A stretch of DNA of 52,987 nt, the filler included, from Bipalium vagum (taxonomy: Eukaryota), in NCBI GenBank assembly GCA_037834085.1. It is 3 parts of 3 records of this genome, joined end to end, with 100 filler letters (N's around TTAATTAATTAA, not from the genome) between each part and the next. Parts side by side here need not be neighbours in the genome. Positions count along the whole stretch, not along the records: positions 1 to 16,339 come from JBBMKC010115496.1; positions 16,440 to 36,876 come from JBBMKC010253183.1; 1 more part is not named here. One strand, written 5' to 3'. Shown one piece after another: positions 13,797 to 25,149 of the stretch. The position numbers and the translations under genes were made by a program. A model generated the notes under the pieces. That model ran no database searches. It worked only from the letters and a program-made list of their open reading frames with translations, and was not told the DNA's origin. Each line of letters starts with the position of its first letter. Positions within the stretch are counted from its first letter, which is position 1.

Positions 13797-14986
13797 TACG
13801 AGGCTAATTGAAAAGGTTGTGGAACATAATTAAGAATAAGTTATTCAATAAAACAAATTTTTCATCAAAATAATTTCCCAAAAACCCAATGCATTTGTTA
13901 CAGAGGTTCTTCAATTTATTTACCAAATTCGGAAAATGATATTTACGTCTGCTATAACTTCGTCTTTTGATGAGAGCCACTTATTATGTACAATCATTTC
14001 AGATTTGGGAACCAATGGAAAGCAGATGGTACCATAATATGGCGGACTTTTCAGTAATCTATAATGTAATTCCTTCAATTTGACCACTGAATGGACGCAT
14101 TTTTGGGTTGCCTCATTGCCTTGATGAAAAAAAAATTTTTTGGCTAAGCCTTGTCTATTCTTACGAATGTTTGCATAATTGATGCAAAAAGGCAAATATT
14201 ATATTCACCTATTCATTTTTTGGAAGGTAACCAATTAACAAAATAACTTTAGAATAAAAAAAACCTGATGCTATAACCTTTGCGACGATTTCGTCCATTT
14301 ACGCTGTTTTGGAACTGAGCAGCCAAGCTGAGTCCACTCTACAGCTTTCAGTCTCAAGACTGAATCATAATAGTCAATCAAAGTTTCATTAATTGTTACA
14401 AATCAGTTTTATTCTAAAGAATAAGGGCCAAATGTTGGGTTTTTATTTTTACTCGAAATTCTTTTTGATCAAAATTTGAGAAATCTGGGATCTGTCTTGT
14501 ATATTGGTTTCTCCTTCAAATTGTTGAACGCACGTTCAATTAATATTTCTATGACTTCATATATTTGAATCAAAATCAGTTGATGATCACAAATGGAATC
14601 AATCATTTGCTGCAATGTTGCACTTGTGTGTAATCCCGAATGACAATCATCTCCAATGGTTTCATGCAAACTTTGGAACATCAGACCCCATTTGGAAACT
14701 ATAGATTGTGATGACGCAATATCACTTAGTACTTTTACCATTTCATTATGAATTTGCATAGGTCTCACACCTTTTCTATAAAAAAATTGTTAATAGAGCG
14801 ATTGTCAATCTCTTCCATTCGTAAAACACGTCACTTTAAATTGCATTAAATGAAAATTAATTTGGCAAATGACCTTGACATTGTGTATGAGTTATTATGA
14901 ATAACGGTTTTTAAAATTGCACATAATTCATAGTTATAAAACTGTGTCAAAGGTGGCGCTCCACGAAATTCTCAATTAGCCTATTA
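13797..14986 (-). mobile_element. Near full-length degenerate mariner (irritans-like) inside the CELF intron
   Basis: TIRs TA-cgaggctaattgaaaaggttgtgga / tccacgaaattctcaattagcctat-TA; ORFs 14469-14768 (QIHNEMVKVL...SKW...DDCHSG) and 13920-14195 (FFHQGN, LKSPPY). Confidence 0.88.
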
Positions 14987-15108
14987 TTATAAGTATTGTA
15001 TATATTTCATTTTTTTAGTTTGACATCCTAATTTTAATGTCATCTTTAATGCTGGAAGTGTATTTTAGGATTACTTGTAAAAATATTTTATAATAATTTT
15101 TCATTAAG

Positions 15109-15188
15109 GGTGTGCTTTTGTAAAATTTTCTTCACAAATTGAGGCTTTAGCGGCAATTTCGGCCCTCCACGGAAGTCAGACAATGCAA
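15109..15188 (+). CDS. CELF3-6/Bruno-like gene, internal exon (RRM2 RNP1)
   Basis: ttaag acceptor, phase 1; (G)[26 protein letters not shown] then gtaaat donor. HGSQTM points to CELF3-6/UNC-75/Bru-3 rather than CELF1/2. Confidence 0.95.
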
Positions 15189-15236
15189 GTAAATGGGAAA
15201 ACTACTTTTATACTTACAATAAAAAATCTTTAACAG

Positions 15237-15392
15237 GGTGCTTCATCCAGTATTGTAGTTAAGTTTGCTGATACAGAAAAAGAAAGACAAACAAGAAAAC
15301 TCCAACAGCTAATAAATCCCTTGAATATCATGAATTCCTCAATCGCTCTAGCCCAACTTGGTGGAAACATATATGGACAGACCATAATTGAT
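15237..15392 (+). CDS. CELF3-6/Bruno-like gene, internal exon (end of RRM2 and start of linker)
   Basis: Follows a 48-nt GT-AG intron; [52 protein letters not shown] then gtttgc donor. Confidence 0.93.
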
Positions 15393-15440
15393 GTTTGCAT
15401 AACTACAAGCTTATTTAAATTACCATTTTCACTATTCTAG

Positions 15441-15867
15441 AACCAATTTTCTCCACCTCGAATTTTTAATCCCGTTGCCGCTTTATCGTTTCAGCTTCAA
15501 CAAACTAGTGGTATACCGTCTCTAGCAGGAATTACTGGATTATCTATAAATCCATCAAATGGTCAAGCGTTTTTAGATCCCATAGCAGCTAATCATACTG
15601 CCATTCTATCCCCTCTTCTTGGGTCAGCTCAGGCCTTTCAGCTCAATGCAGGAGGAAACTATATAGCCCAGAATCCCAATGGTCCTTCTTTTGCAATGAT
15701 AAGTAATCCAGGTTTTACCACTGCTGGAATAACCATGAATAACCAGAATCATAACTTACCAGTATCGGATGTACATTCCAGTTCTCAGATAACAAATATT
15801 TCTGACTCCTGTATTAACGTTTCTTTGTATCAAAATGCTTGCCTCGGGGGCCAATTTGTAAATACTA
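15441..15867 (+). CDS. CELF3-6/Bruno-like gene, divergent linker-domain exon
   Basis: Follows a 48-nt intron ending ttctag; open in frame for about 140 codons (NQFSPPRIFNPVAALSFQLQQTSGIPSLAG...), includes ORF 15696-15896. Donor is either A|gtgaga (15867/15868) or T|gtaaat (15857/15858). Confidence 0.85.
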
Positions 15868-16339
15868 GTGAGATTTTCTTTTTACCTTTTATATAAATAA
15901 GTTATTTTTGAGGATAAATTTCAAAAATTATATATATTTAACAAAAGTATTAATATAAAATAATAATAGTAAAATTAGACATGGAAATTGGTTCCCATCG
16001 TCTCGATATAGATTAATTATTATTATAAATATTTGTCATGGAAAATAAAACCAAAAAGTAATATTGTAATATAACTATAAGATATCAATAGTCAGTATTT
16101 GTTTTAAACGATTAAATATATTTTTTATTTTAGTAAAAATGCAAAATCATAGATAAAGAAAACAGCATTTGCGGGAATCATTATTATTTTGCTACAATGT
16201 AAAGAAATCAGCAGATAAATTTCATAGATTAATTTATTTTTATATTTATTTTCATAAGAAAAAAAACAATGGGAATTAATTTCTATACCTAATAATAATA
16301 ATAATAATAATAATACTAATACTAATAATAATACTAATA

Positions 16340-16439
16340 NNNNNNNNNNNNNNNNNNNNNNNNNNNNNNNNNNNNNNNNNNNNTTAATTAATTAANNNNN
16401 NNNNNNNNNNNNNNNNNNNNNNNNNNNNNNNNNNNNNNN
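16340..16439. other. Artificial contig-joining linker
   Basis: N44 + TTAATTAATTAA (stops in all six frames) + N44 = 100 bp; identical to 36877-36976. Confidence 0.97.
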
Positions 16440-16516
16440 GATTTGTTTAAGTGCCTCAAAATTAAGGCCAAAACGATTCATGTAAAAAACGCACAAACTT
16501 TCCGGACAACCCAATA
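16440..16516 (+). mobile_element. Mariner terminus at contig start
   Basis: aaaaaacgcacaaactttccggacaacccaa-TA is a typical mariner TIR. Confidence 0.75.
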
Positions 16517-17737
16517 CTTTCACCTACCAAAATCGAGTATTGATCTGGATATTCCATCCATTCTAGCGGTTATCCGTTTTGGAAAGAGTATTTACAAAAT
16601 TGAATATCTTTGAAGATCCGAGATTCAAAGAGCAGACCTAGTTAACTGAAGATCAAAGGACCTATGGAAGAAGAAGAAGCAAGTAAAAATTAATGATTGT
16701 GAAATAAATTTAAATAGAACCTATATCAAAATTACAATTAACACCCTATATAGTTCTTTAGACAATAAAATCTTAGTAAAAAAAATGAAGACTGGATCTT
16801 AGATAGCACAGGTTTCATGGTGGGAGCAAGCTTCATACATGTTTAATAATTTGACAAAATTGTATCCGACCTTTACAGATTACAATCGAGAAAGAGCTGA
16901 GAACAACAAAAAGACCCATAGTACAGAAAGCTTATATTGAAAAATTGATGTATATTTGTTCTTATGAAAATTGTAATAATAATTTTAATATAAATATTAT
17001 TAACTAATTAAATTAAATATTATTAAAATACAAAATAAATATATATTACTGCTTCCTGGTGTCTTATTCATTCATTAATAATATTTAAATTAGGAATAAT
17101 GCTATTAATAATTATTAATAATTAAAACTCAGTATTATATATTCATCAATTATAAACTGTAATGTTATTCTGAGTGAAAACGTAAACAATGTCGGTTTAC
17201 AAATAAACAATATTGAATTACAAGGTGAAAACCTATATATTTATAAACATTTTTGTTCTGTTTTGTTTTTAACAATTTTCATTTGTCCTACCTGTTTCCT
17301 TGTCAATGTTACCCGCAAGACTTAGTTAACTCTTTCAATGATCTCTATATCTCAAGAGGCCCAATGAATATAATAGTTCTATACTACCTCTTTTGTAAAG
17401 TGTTTCAATGTTTATAAATGAGCTGTCAATTCAAAACCGTGTCAACAAAAGATGGGCATTCTGAATTCATTTGTTCAGATTTCAACACATCAAGCAAGTA
17501 ACAGAGAGATTTATAAGACTATTATTCTTTTTGATTCAATAGTCAGTTCTTCTGAATACGTCTTGGTGTCCTAAGTTTTTCATATCTAATAAAGTTTGAT
17601 TCAGGAAAGTTGGATCAAATATATAAAAGTGATAATGAACTCATTTATCCCTGAAAGGTTTCACATTAATCATATTCGATAAGATTTTGGATTTTGATAT
17701 AATCGTGTTAATTAAATATAATTTTTTCACAAATAAA

Positions 17738-18957
17738 TATTAAACGAGTGAATTAATTCGGTCAATTTTTATGTCAATTAATTATTGATTATCTTTTTAC
17801 ATACAGTAACTTCAGATTTATTTATTTTTAGTTTGGAAATATTTTCATAATATTTTGCTAAGTAACGTTTGAAATTGTAACAATAAAATCTTGTTTAACT
17901 CAATTAAAAATGTCAAAATTTGAACGGTAAAAACAAAATTTCCTGAAAGTGCTCATTTTCTCCTTCCATTTGATAAATAAAGAAACTGAAGCATATCGAA
18001 TTTTCTTGGAAGATTTGGTAAAAATTTCTCACAGCAATTAGTTATGCAGAAAATTGATTAGATGTTTTAAGTTGAATGATTTCAGTGTAATGACAAACTT
18101 TACCCAGGTCTACCAAAAACTTCGATGACGATGGATTACAGGTGATAATAGTTGAAAATCCATGTCAATCACAACATGAGCTCGGGCAATTTTTTATTGA
18201 TAGAACAATATTTTCAATCCGTTTTGTAGCCATTAAAAAGATTTAAAAGAAGAATGATGTTTTACATATGAACTGAAAGAAAGTGACATGGAGACAAACT
18301 ATTTGTAAAATCTTGCTTGAGAGGTAAAAAAAAGTTTTTTGCACTACATTTGACTGGAAATAAAAATTCAATATACTTACATAATACTCAACGAAGAAAA
18401 TCGATATTTGAACCAGGGCAACTGTCCAAATCGACACCAAAGTTGAATATTCACTGCAAGTATTTGTAATTTTTATGATGACTAAAAAGATCTAATATAT
18501 TACGAGTTCTTAAAAGAGAACCAAACATTGACTGCTGAACTTTACTAAAAAAAATTATATAGAAAAATAAGTGACCAGAAAACGCATAGTATGAAAAAGT
18601 TATTTTCCAACATGATGACGCCCGGCTACATCTTGTAAAAATTTCAAAGGCCACTTTGGAAGATATTGTTTGATAAGTCTTACCTGACTCACCGTATTCA
18701 CCGGACATTATTCTTAGTCACTATCTTTTGTTTCGATCGATGGAACATGAACTTTTAGACCGGTCTTTCAACAATTATGAAGAAATAGAAAAATATCTCA
18801 TTGAATGAATCACTTCAAAAGACTATTATCAGTCAGATTCAAAAACATAATGAAAGAAAACGATGAAAATACTTTGATTAGTGCGTATGTACCTGGTTTT
18901 CATAATAAAGTGTTTTTTGTATTAAAAAACTGACCGAATAAATTCATATACCTAATA
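17738..18957 (+). mobile_element. Full-length degenerate mariner, mauritiana (Mos1-like) subfamily
   Basis: TIRs sharing gaatt(a/t)attcggtca; MSKFER*KQNFLKVLIFSFHL (Mos1-like start), FQHDDARLH, PDSPYSPDIILSHYLLFRSMEHEL. Confidence 0.92.
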
Positions 18958-18970
18958 TAAATTATTGATA

Positions 18971-20050
18971 TATTAGGTTGATGCATAAATTAGCACACCA
19001 AATTTGCTAAAATAATTTTAGAACAAATTTATTCAAAAATAGGTTTATCTATTCTTCAAAAATATAAACCACAATTTTCGATGATTTTCTTCCACCGGAT
19101 GTGGCAGAATCTCGATACCGTCCAGCTCCGTAAACTTTTGTTTGGTCTTCTCGGGTTGGCGTTATTCTGCTGGAATAGTGGACGTTCTCGATTAATTAAA
19201 GCCGGGTATTTCAACTTCAGCTTCTGGTAGACGCAATCCAATTGCCGACAGTAAAGCTCAGAGTTAATGTCATTACCATTTGGAACAATTTCAAAGTGCA
19301 AGATGTCCTCAAAGTTCAACAAGTCAGAAATCATCACTTTTTTACTAACCGAGTTTTTTGTGGAACTGGTGGCGGAGACTGTCCACAAGGAATCTATTGC
19401 TTTTGTCTCTCATGGTTTACTAGATAAACCCACTTCTCATCGGATGTCACAATTCTTTTCCAGAAACGATTGTCTAAAAGATTATTGAGCAACTGTTGGC
19501 AGATTTCGAGGCGTTTGCTTCCCTGATCCTCAATAAGTTCGTTGGGATCTTGTCTAGGTTTCAGCTGATGCAGGTGACGTAAGATTTTGAGCACCATTTT
19601 TTTCCTAAATCACGACTGGTAGAAGGTTCTTTAACCAAAGCTGCCAACAAATCCTCACTACCCATTTTGATGACCGACCTGAGTGAGAATGGTTTCCCAA
19701 TTTTAAATCACCTTCGTTGAAACGCTTGAAGCATTTTCCCACTGTTTACTTAATTACTGTACCGACACCTTCGATCGCACAAATCTCGTCTGTGATATCT
19801 GTGATTGTCTGGTCTTTCTTCCAATAATGGTGAAGCAACACAAGTAAATCGTACAGATTCTAAATATAATAGTATTATTAGTTATTATTTATTTTAATCA
19901 TTCGTTATAAAAATTATTATTGATATTTTTTAATTTAAATATTATTTAAACAAGAGCATATATGAATATAAAAAATTTTGATTATAATCATAAATCAAAA
20001 CAATTAAAGAAATGCTATTTTTGTCCGCGAATTTATGCATCAACCTAATA
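18971..20050 (-). mobile_element. Mariner element with perfect 21-bp termini, internally deleted
   Basis: tattaggttgatgcataaatt / aatttatgcatcaacctaata; RIVTSDEKWVY, INSELYCRQLD and FQQNNA motifs in ORFs 19394-19597 and 19056-19388. Confidence 0.93.
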
Positions 20051-20901
20051 TTAAAAAATAATATTTATTTTCCTTACAAAAATTGTATCTTTTTTAAAAT
20101 TGTATCAGTTTTTATTTTAAAGCGAACAATCTAATGAGTATAAAATATGAATTTTTCGTGGTTTCTTACATTATTTAAAATCTAAGATGTTTTTGCTTCT
20201 GTGGTTATTCATTCACTGTAGAAAAGACCCAAATGAAAGAGCATCACTGAACTGGTTTTCCAGTCAGAGCGAAATCAGTAGAGATTTATATAGTCTTAGA
20301 CACTACGTTCACTTTTAATATTATAAAATCCTTGCTAAGCTTTGATTTATTAATATTAACGAAAATAAAAAATAATTTTGATAGAAAACCACCTTGTACA
20401 CTTCAATATTGCAAAAATTGACCTTTGTACATTTTCGTAACAGGTTAATTATGTTACAATTATTAGGAACGCTACTATTACTTTAAAAAAATTTTTAAAA
20501 TATCAACAGGTTTTCATAAAATTCGATTTAATATTTGAGAATTTACACGACATAATCACCAATTAACAAAAATAAATAAAATAAAATAAAAACATTATAT
20601 ATTGAAAATTTTTTGTGTTTTCTTGTTCTACTTTGAAAAATCAAAGCAAATATTTGAAACGTAAATTAAAATATGAATATAAAACTTAAGTACTTGAGAT
20701 TCTTTAAATAGTCTCACTAAAAATAAATAAAATTTGGATAAATATAAAATAATTGTCGAAACTTTATTATTATTTATGACACTGGTGAATTTTTATTTCC
20801 AATCAGTGTAATTAAAATTCTGGAGATTTTCAAAAATTGTTAAATAGCAAATGAGTATTGAGAAACAAATGTTTAAAAGGAGTCTTTACATTTAAACTAA
20901 A

Positions 20902-22132
20902 TATTGGGTTGGTGGGAATGTTTTCATCGATTGATTTATTTTCATAATTCAAAAGTCAAAATGAAAGTTCTATTTTCAAGCTCATTGAATAAAATAATGT
21001 CCATCTTTATAAATGATCTTCTCCCACTTTTGTGTTTAATACTTAATATCATTCTTGTAGAACTTCTCTTTATTTTATTCACAAAATCTTTCAATACCTT
21101 TTTGATAACACTCTTATCTTTGAATTCTTATACTTTCAAGATTTCCTATATCAATTTCAATAAATGGAAGTCTGATGCAGTAATGTCAGGACTGTATAGC
21201 GGGTGTGGAAGGAGTTCCCGGCTAAACTCCATAATCTTTTCATGAGTGATCTTTGCCAAATGCGGTCTGGAATTGTTTCAATGGTTTATGATTCCTTTTT
21301 AATTTAGCAACGTCGATCGTTTTATATTCAATGTTTATCTGAAATGGTCTAATTGCTGCTAGTATATTTCGGCAGTAGCTGTTTGGCCATATTTAACAAT
21401 CCATAGTATATCACACCATTTATGTTTCTCTAGATAAAAACACTACTTTTTCTAGGTGTAAATTTTGTTTAGGTTTAGTTTGCAGAACTTTGTCTTTGCT
21501 TTGACTTGTGTTGACCGGATTGACATAGAGAATCCATTTCTCATCTCCACACTTTCCAAAAATGAAGACAATTTCTGTCTGGCAAGTAATGAAAACAAGA
21601 TCATAATTCTATGAAAAACGTTACGTTGAGATAGTTTGTGCGGAACCTAATCAGTATGCAAAGAAAACTTTTCAATAGTATTCACATGGGTTAAAACTGT
21701 TCTGTGATATTTGCCATGAATCTGCCCCAAGTCATGAGACGTCATCTTCGAATATCAGACAATTAATTGTCTCAAGGCATCACTGTTCAGTTCTTCAAGA
21801 TGACCCAACTTTGGTAGATCCTAAAAAATCGAAATTATTTCCTCTAAAGCAAGCAAGCAATTCCCAAACAGTTCTTTCTCATAGAGATTTTGAATATAAT
21901 GCACAGATATTTCTTGCGGTCTCCAAAGCAGTTGGTTTGCGATGAAACTCATAGAGCATCACAACTCTTAAAATCCATCTGTCAGTTGGAATAACATTTT
22001 TTTAATGATTTTAAAACAAAGACCATACATAGAATTATTGATTAATTTATTAAGACTTATTAATGATACAATAACTAAGTTTCCTTTATTAATGAAATAA
22101 ATCGATGAAAACATTTCCACCAACTTATAATA
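20902..22132 (-). mobile_element. Full-length degenerate mariner
   Basis: TIRs gttggtgg(g/a)aatgttttcatcgatt at both ends; minus-strand LRVVMLYEFHR..ALETARNIC and ELLPHPLYSPDITASDFHLL. Confidence 0.9.
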
Positions 22133-22876
22133 TAATGGGAATTCGGAACTTTGTTAATTTTTGTTCATCTTTTCCCATAATAATTTCAATAAGGTTCCTT
22201 TGGTTATTATAATTTAAATGGTTTAACAATTTTAATATATAAATTTTAATATTAAAAAAACTAATTTTTTAAGTTTACTTAAAAAGCAAATGTGGGTCAC
22301 TGTCTCAAAAGGAAAACTCAAAAGTAACTGATGGTAAAAAGATTGAGATAAAGTTTAAAAAAAATAATGATGAAAACATAACTGACAGTTCTAATCATTA
22401 TAACACATAAAAAGGATTGAAATTGTAAAAGTCTGTTGGTAATATTTCACCTGGCCTTATTTTCAGTGGCAGAGGAATTTGGGAGATGTTTACTTTAAAG
22501 TTTGTTGCAAAATTCCTCAATTAATATATATAGAACGTGGGATCCAAATATCTTATGTGATTAGGACGGTTTCAAAGACGTTTTAGTTTAATTTTATTTA
22601 TTATAAATTAATTAATTAATCCATTCCTTGTACCCTCTGCGTCAAGAGGAATTCATATGCTATAATCTTTCATAAAAGCTCAATGCTGGTATCGCAGTTT
22701 TGATGTTACAAAAAATCGTTTTTAAAACAAAATCAAAACTAATATTAGTTATATTTTATATATTTAAACAACAGAATAAAACATTATTGAGTTTACTTAA
22801 GCCTACGTGGATATCTAAATAAACATTGCGAAAAATAATGGGTTGTTCGTTAATTAAAAATTATTTTTTCCGAAAA

Positions 22877-23380
22877 TATTAGCTTGGTACGAATAAATAT
22901 GGCTGTTTTCAAGCTTATTAGTTGGGTTTGTTTTGTTGAAATCAATCAGATTAAATTCTATAAATAAACTTAAAGAACATTTTCCGCCTAATAACCTGAT
23001 ACTTACTTGTTTAAATTCATTAAATTATTTGAATTCGTAAACAATTTCTAGAAATGATTTCAAAACAAAAAATTCAAATCATTCTGATACATGAATTTAA
23101 ACTTGGCCACAATTCTGCAGAAGAAACGATAAGAAACAAAATTCATCCGTTGAGTGATCAGACAATCTCTTAACGTACCACACGTAAAAAGACTTTAAAA
23201 ATATCAACCCGGCAATACCAGGATTGTAGATGAATAGGATTGTGGACTTTTATAAGATATTTAATTAAAATCAATTATCGACAAGGACCCACAAAAAAGC
23301 ACAAAGGAAGTTCAAAAAGACATCAACTTGGATTACATTATATTTATTTAAAAAACTATTAAATTAAAAAGTGTTTACAA
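22877..23380 (+). mobile_element. Mariner 5' half, cecropia-like
   Basis: TA-ttagcttggtacgaataaatatggctgttt terminus; MISKQKIQIILIHEFKLGHNSAEET resembles cecropia-subfamily N-termini. Confidence 0.75.
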
Positions 23381-23599
23381 ATTCTTACATTATTATAGAT
23401 AGCGCTTTGAATTTGTATTATTTCTAATGAATAATCAGATAATAGTAATAGCACAGAACCGTCGATAAGTTATAAAAAAAAGACGTTTATTTGAATAATC
23501 ACTAATTGTTTTGTTTAAGTAGGCTAATTTATCAATAAAATAAATTTATCAAATTTGAATTATTCAATATTAGTCATGGCTTTTTAACAATAGCCAGAT

Positions 23600-23840
23600 A
23601 ATGCCACCTTACTTTTCAAAGTGATTATAAAACCGTGGCTACACGAAATACCCGATGGGAAAAGTATGTCTTCCAACAAGATTCTACTTCCGCTTATAAA
23701 GTTTAAAAATTGACATGGATTTACAGAGATCTGTCTGGTCACCTGATTTATGTCACCTAACTGTACATCTCTTGATTTTTACCTACGGGCATTGTTAAGT
23801 CATAAGTTAACTCAAAACACAACATAATCCACTATTTCTG
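23600..23840 (+). mobile_element. maT/DD37D transposase fragment
   Basis: IIKPWLHEIP, YVFQQDSTSAYKV and WSPDFMSPNCTSLDFY resemble the QQDSAPAH and WPPSSPDLNPLDY motifs. Confidence 0.7.
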
Positions 23841-23909
23841 TGTACCATTTATGATAGCAAAGAATGTCTGAAGTCGTAACGATACAACTGTAAGGTGAAT
23901 TTATCATTC

Positions 23910-24130
23910 ATTATACTCCATCCTTTTCTGCATTGTGACTGTGATCAAACGTACTCGGTGAGTGGAAGCATTATTGTTTTACAACAGATCGAGTTTGGAC
24001 AACGTCTTTAAAATTTCATAGACACGATTCAACTGTTCTGAGTACAACGCAGGGTTCACCGATGAAGAAACAACTGGAAAGGAATTTTCAAAATATCATC
24101 TCACGAATTAAATAATTTCTTGTACATGAT
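23910..24130 (-). mobile_element. Mariner catalytic-domain fragment
   Basis: VNPALYSEQLNRVYEILK..LL*NNNASTH, similar to the 18971-20050 element. Confidence 0.6.
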
Positions 24131-24435
24131 TGTATAATTTAATATTGATAGAACTGTCAAATGAACCCAGAAAGGACCTCATGGATAATAAATTATAGAG
24201 GAAATACTTTCCCTCAGAATTTTATTTCAAAGGTGAGTTAATTTGATAAAGATTCACAGATTTTCAGAAAAAATAATAAACAAAATTATTTTATATTATT
24301 TTTATTATTATAAAATTATTAACATTTTATATTTATTCGTGTCAAACTGCAAAAAATACTGAAAAATGTTATTTTACCTCTTAACTTCGCCATCAGCAGA
24401 TTTTGATCTCTAAAAATAAATGTGGTTTAAAAAGA

Positions 24436-24503
24436 TAATAATAGTAACAATAATAATATCAATATTAATAGTAATAGTAAATAATCGAATAATAATAATA
24501 ATA

Positions 24504-24562
<59 letters not shown>

Positions 24563-24602
24563 AATGATAAAAGAAATAATTATAATAATTAAAATAATAA
24601 TA
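24436..24602. repeat. (AAT)n/(ATT)n microsatellite
   Basis: Seen directly; it explains the poly-Ile ORF 24420-24716. Confidence 0.95.
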
Positions 24603-25149
24603 AAGGGAAAAGGTGAAGGAAGAACATATCAATTGATCACGGTTTTAATTATATTCAGAAGTCGATTAACAGACAAAACTGTGTTGTGCCATATTGGAAT
24701 AATATTCAGATCATGAATAATCTTAAATAAATAAAAAATAAAATGATTAAATGAATAATTGAATAAATATTATCAAAGAACACAAATATATATATCACTT
24801 TAAAATGTAAATAACAGTCAGAGAGAAGATTAATTTGTTGAATCAAAAAATTATATGTCAAATCTTTGGGAAAAAATAGCTAAAATCATTTGAAAACCTT
24901 AAGAAAAACAAATATTTTTACAAATCGATATTTCCTGGTATAGGAATGTATAAAAAATATTATAAAAAACAATGTTTATTTAATTTTTTTTTATTTTTTG
25001 TTGTGATACCAAATTCTTTTACGTATACTTTTTTAAACACCGTTAGCTACCGCCTAAATATCAACGGGCATCATCGAACCACTTTGTTTTATCTATTCTC
25101 GACTTACCAATCACCATGGACGTTGTTGACCTTTCACTACTAAGAGCAT

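Noticed and set aside
16384-16395. TTAATTAATTAA palindrome between N runs (also 36921-36932) as a biological motif
   Set aside because: Identical symmetric N44 padding twice; it is an assembly spacer.
20904-21245. 113-aa hydrophobic + strand ORF
   Set aside because: Antisense to a mariner 3' end.
24420-24716. 98-aa poly-Ile ORF
   Set aside because: Translation of an (ATA/ATT)n microsatellite.
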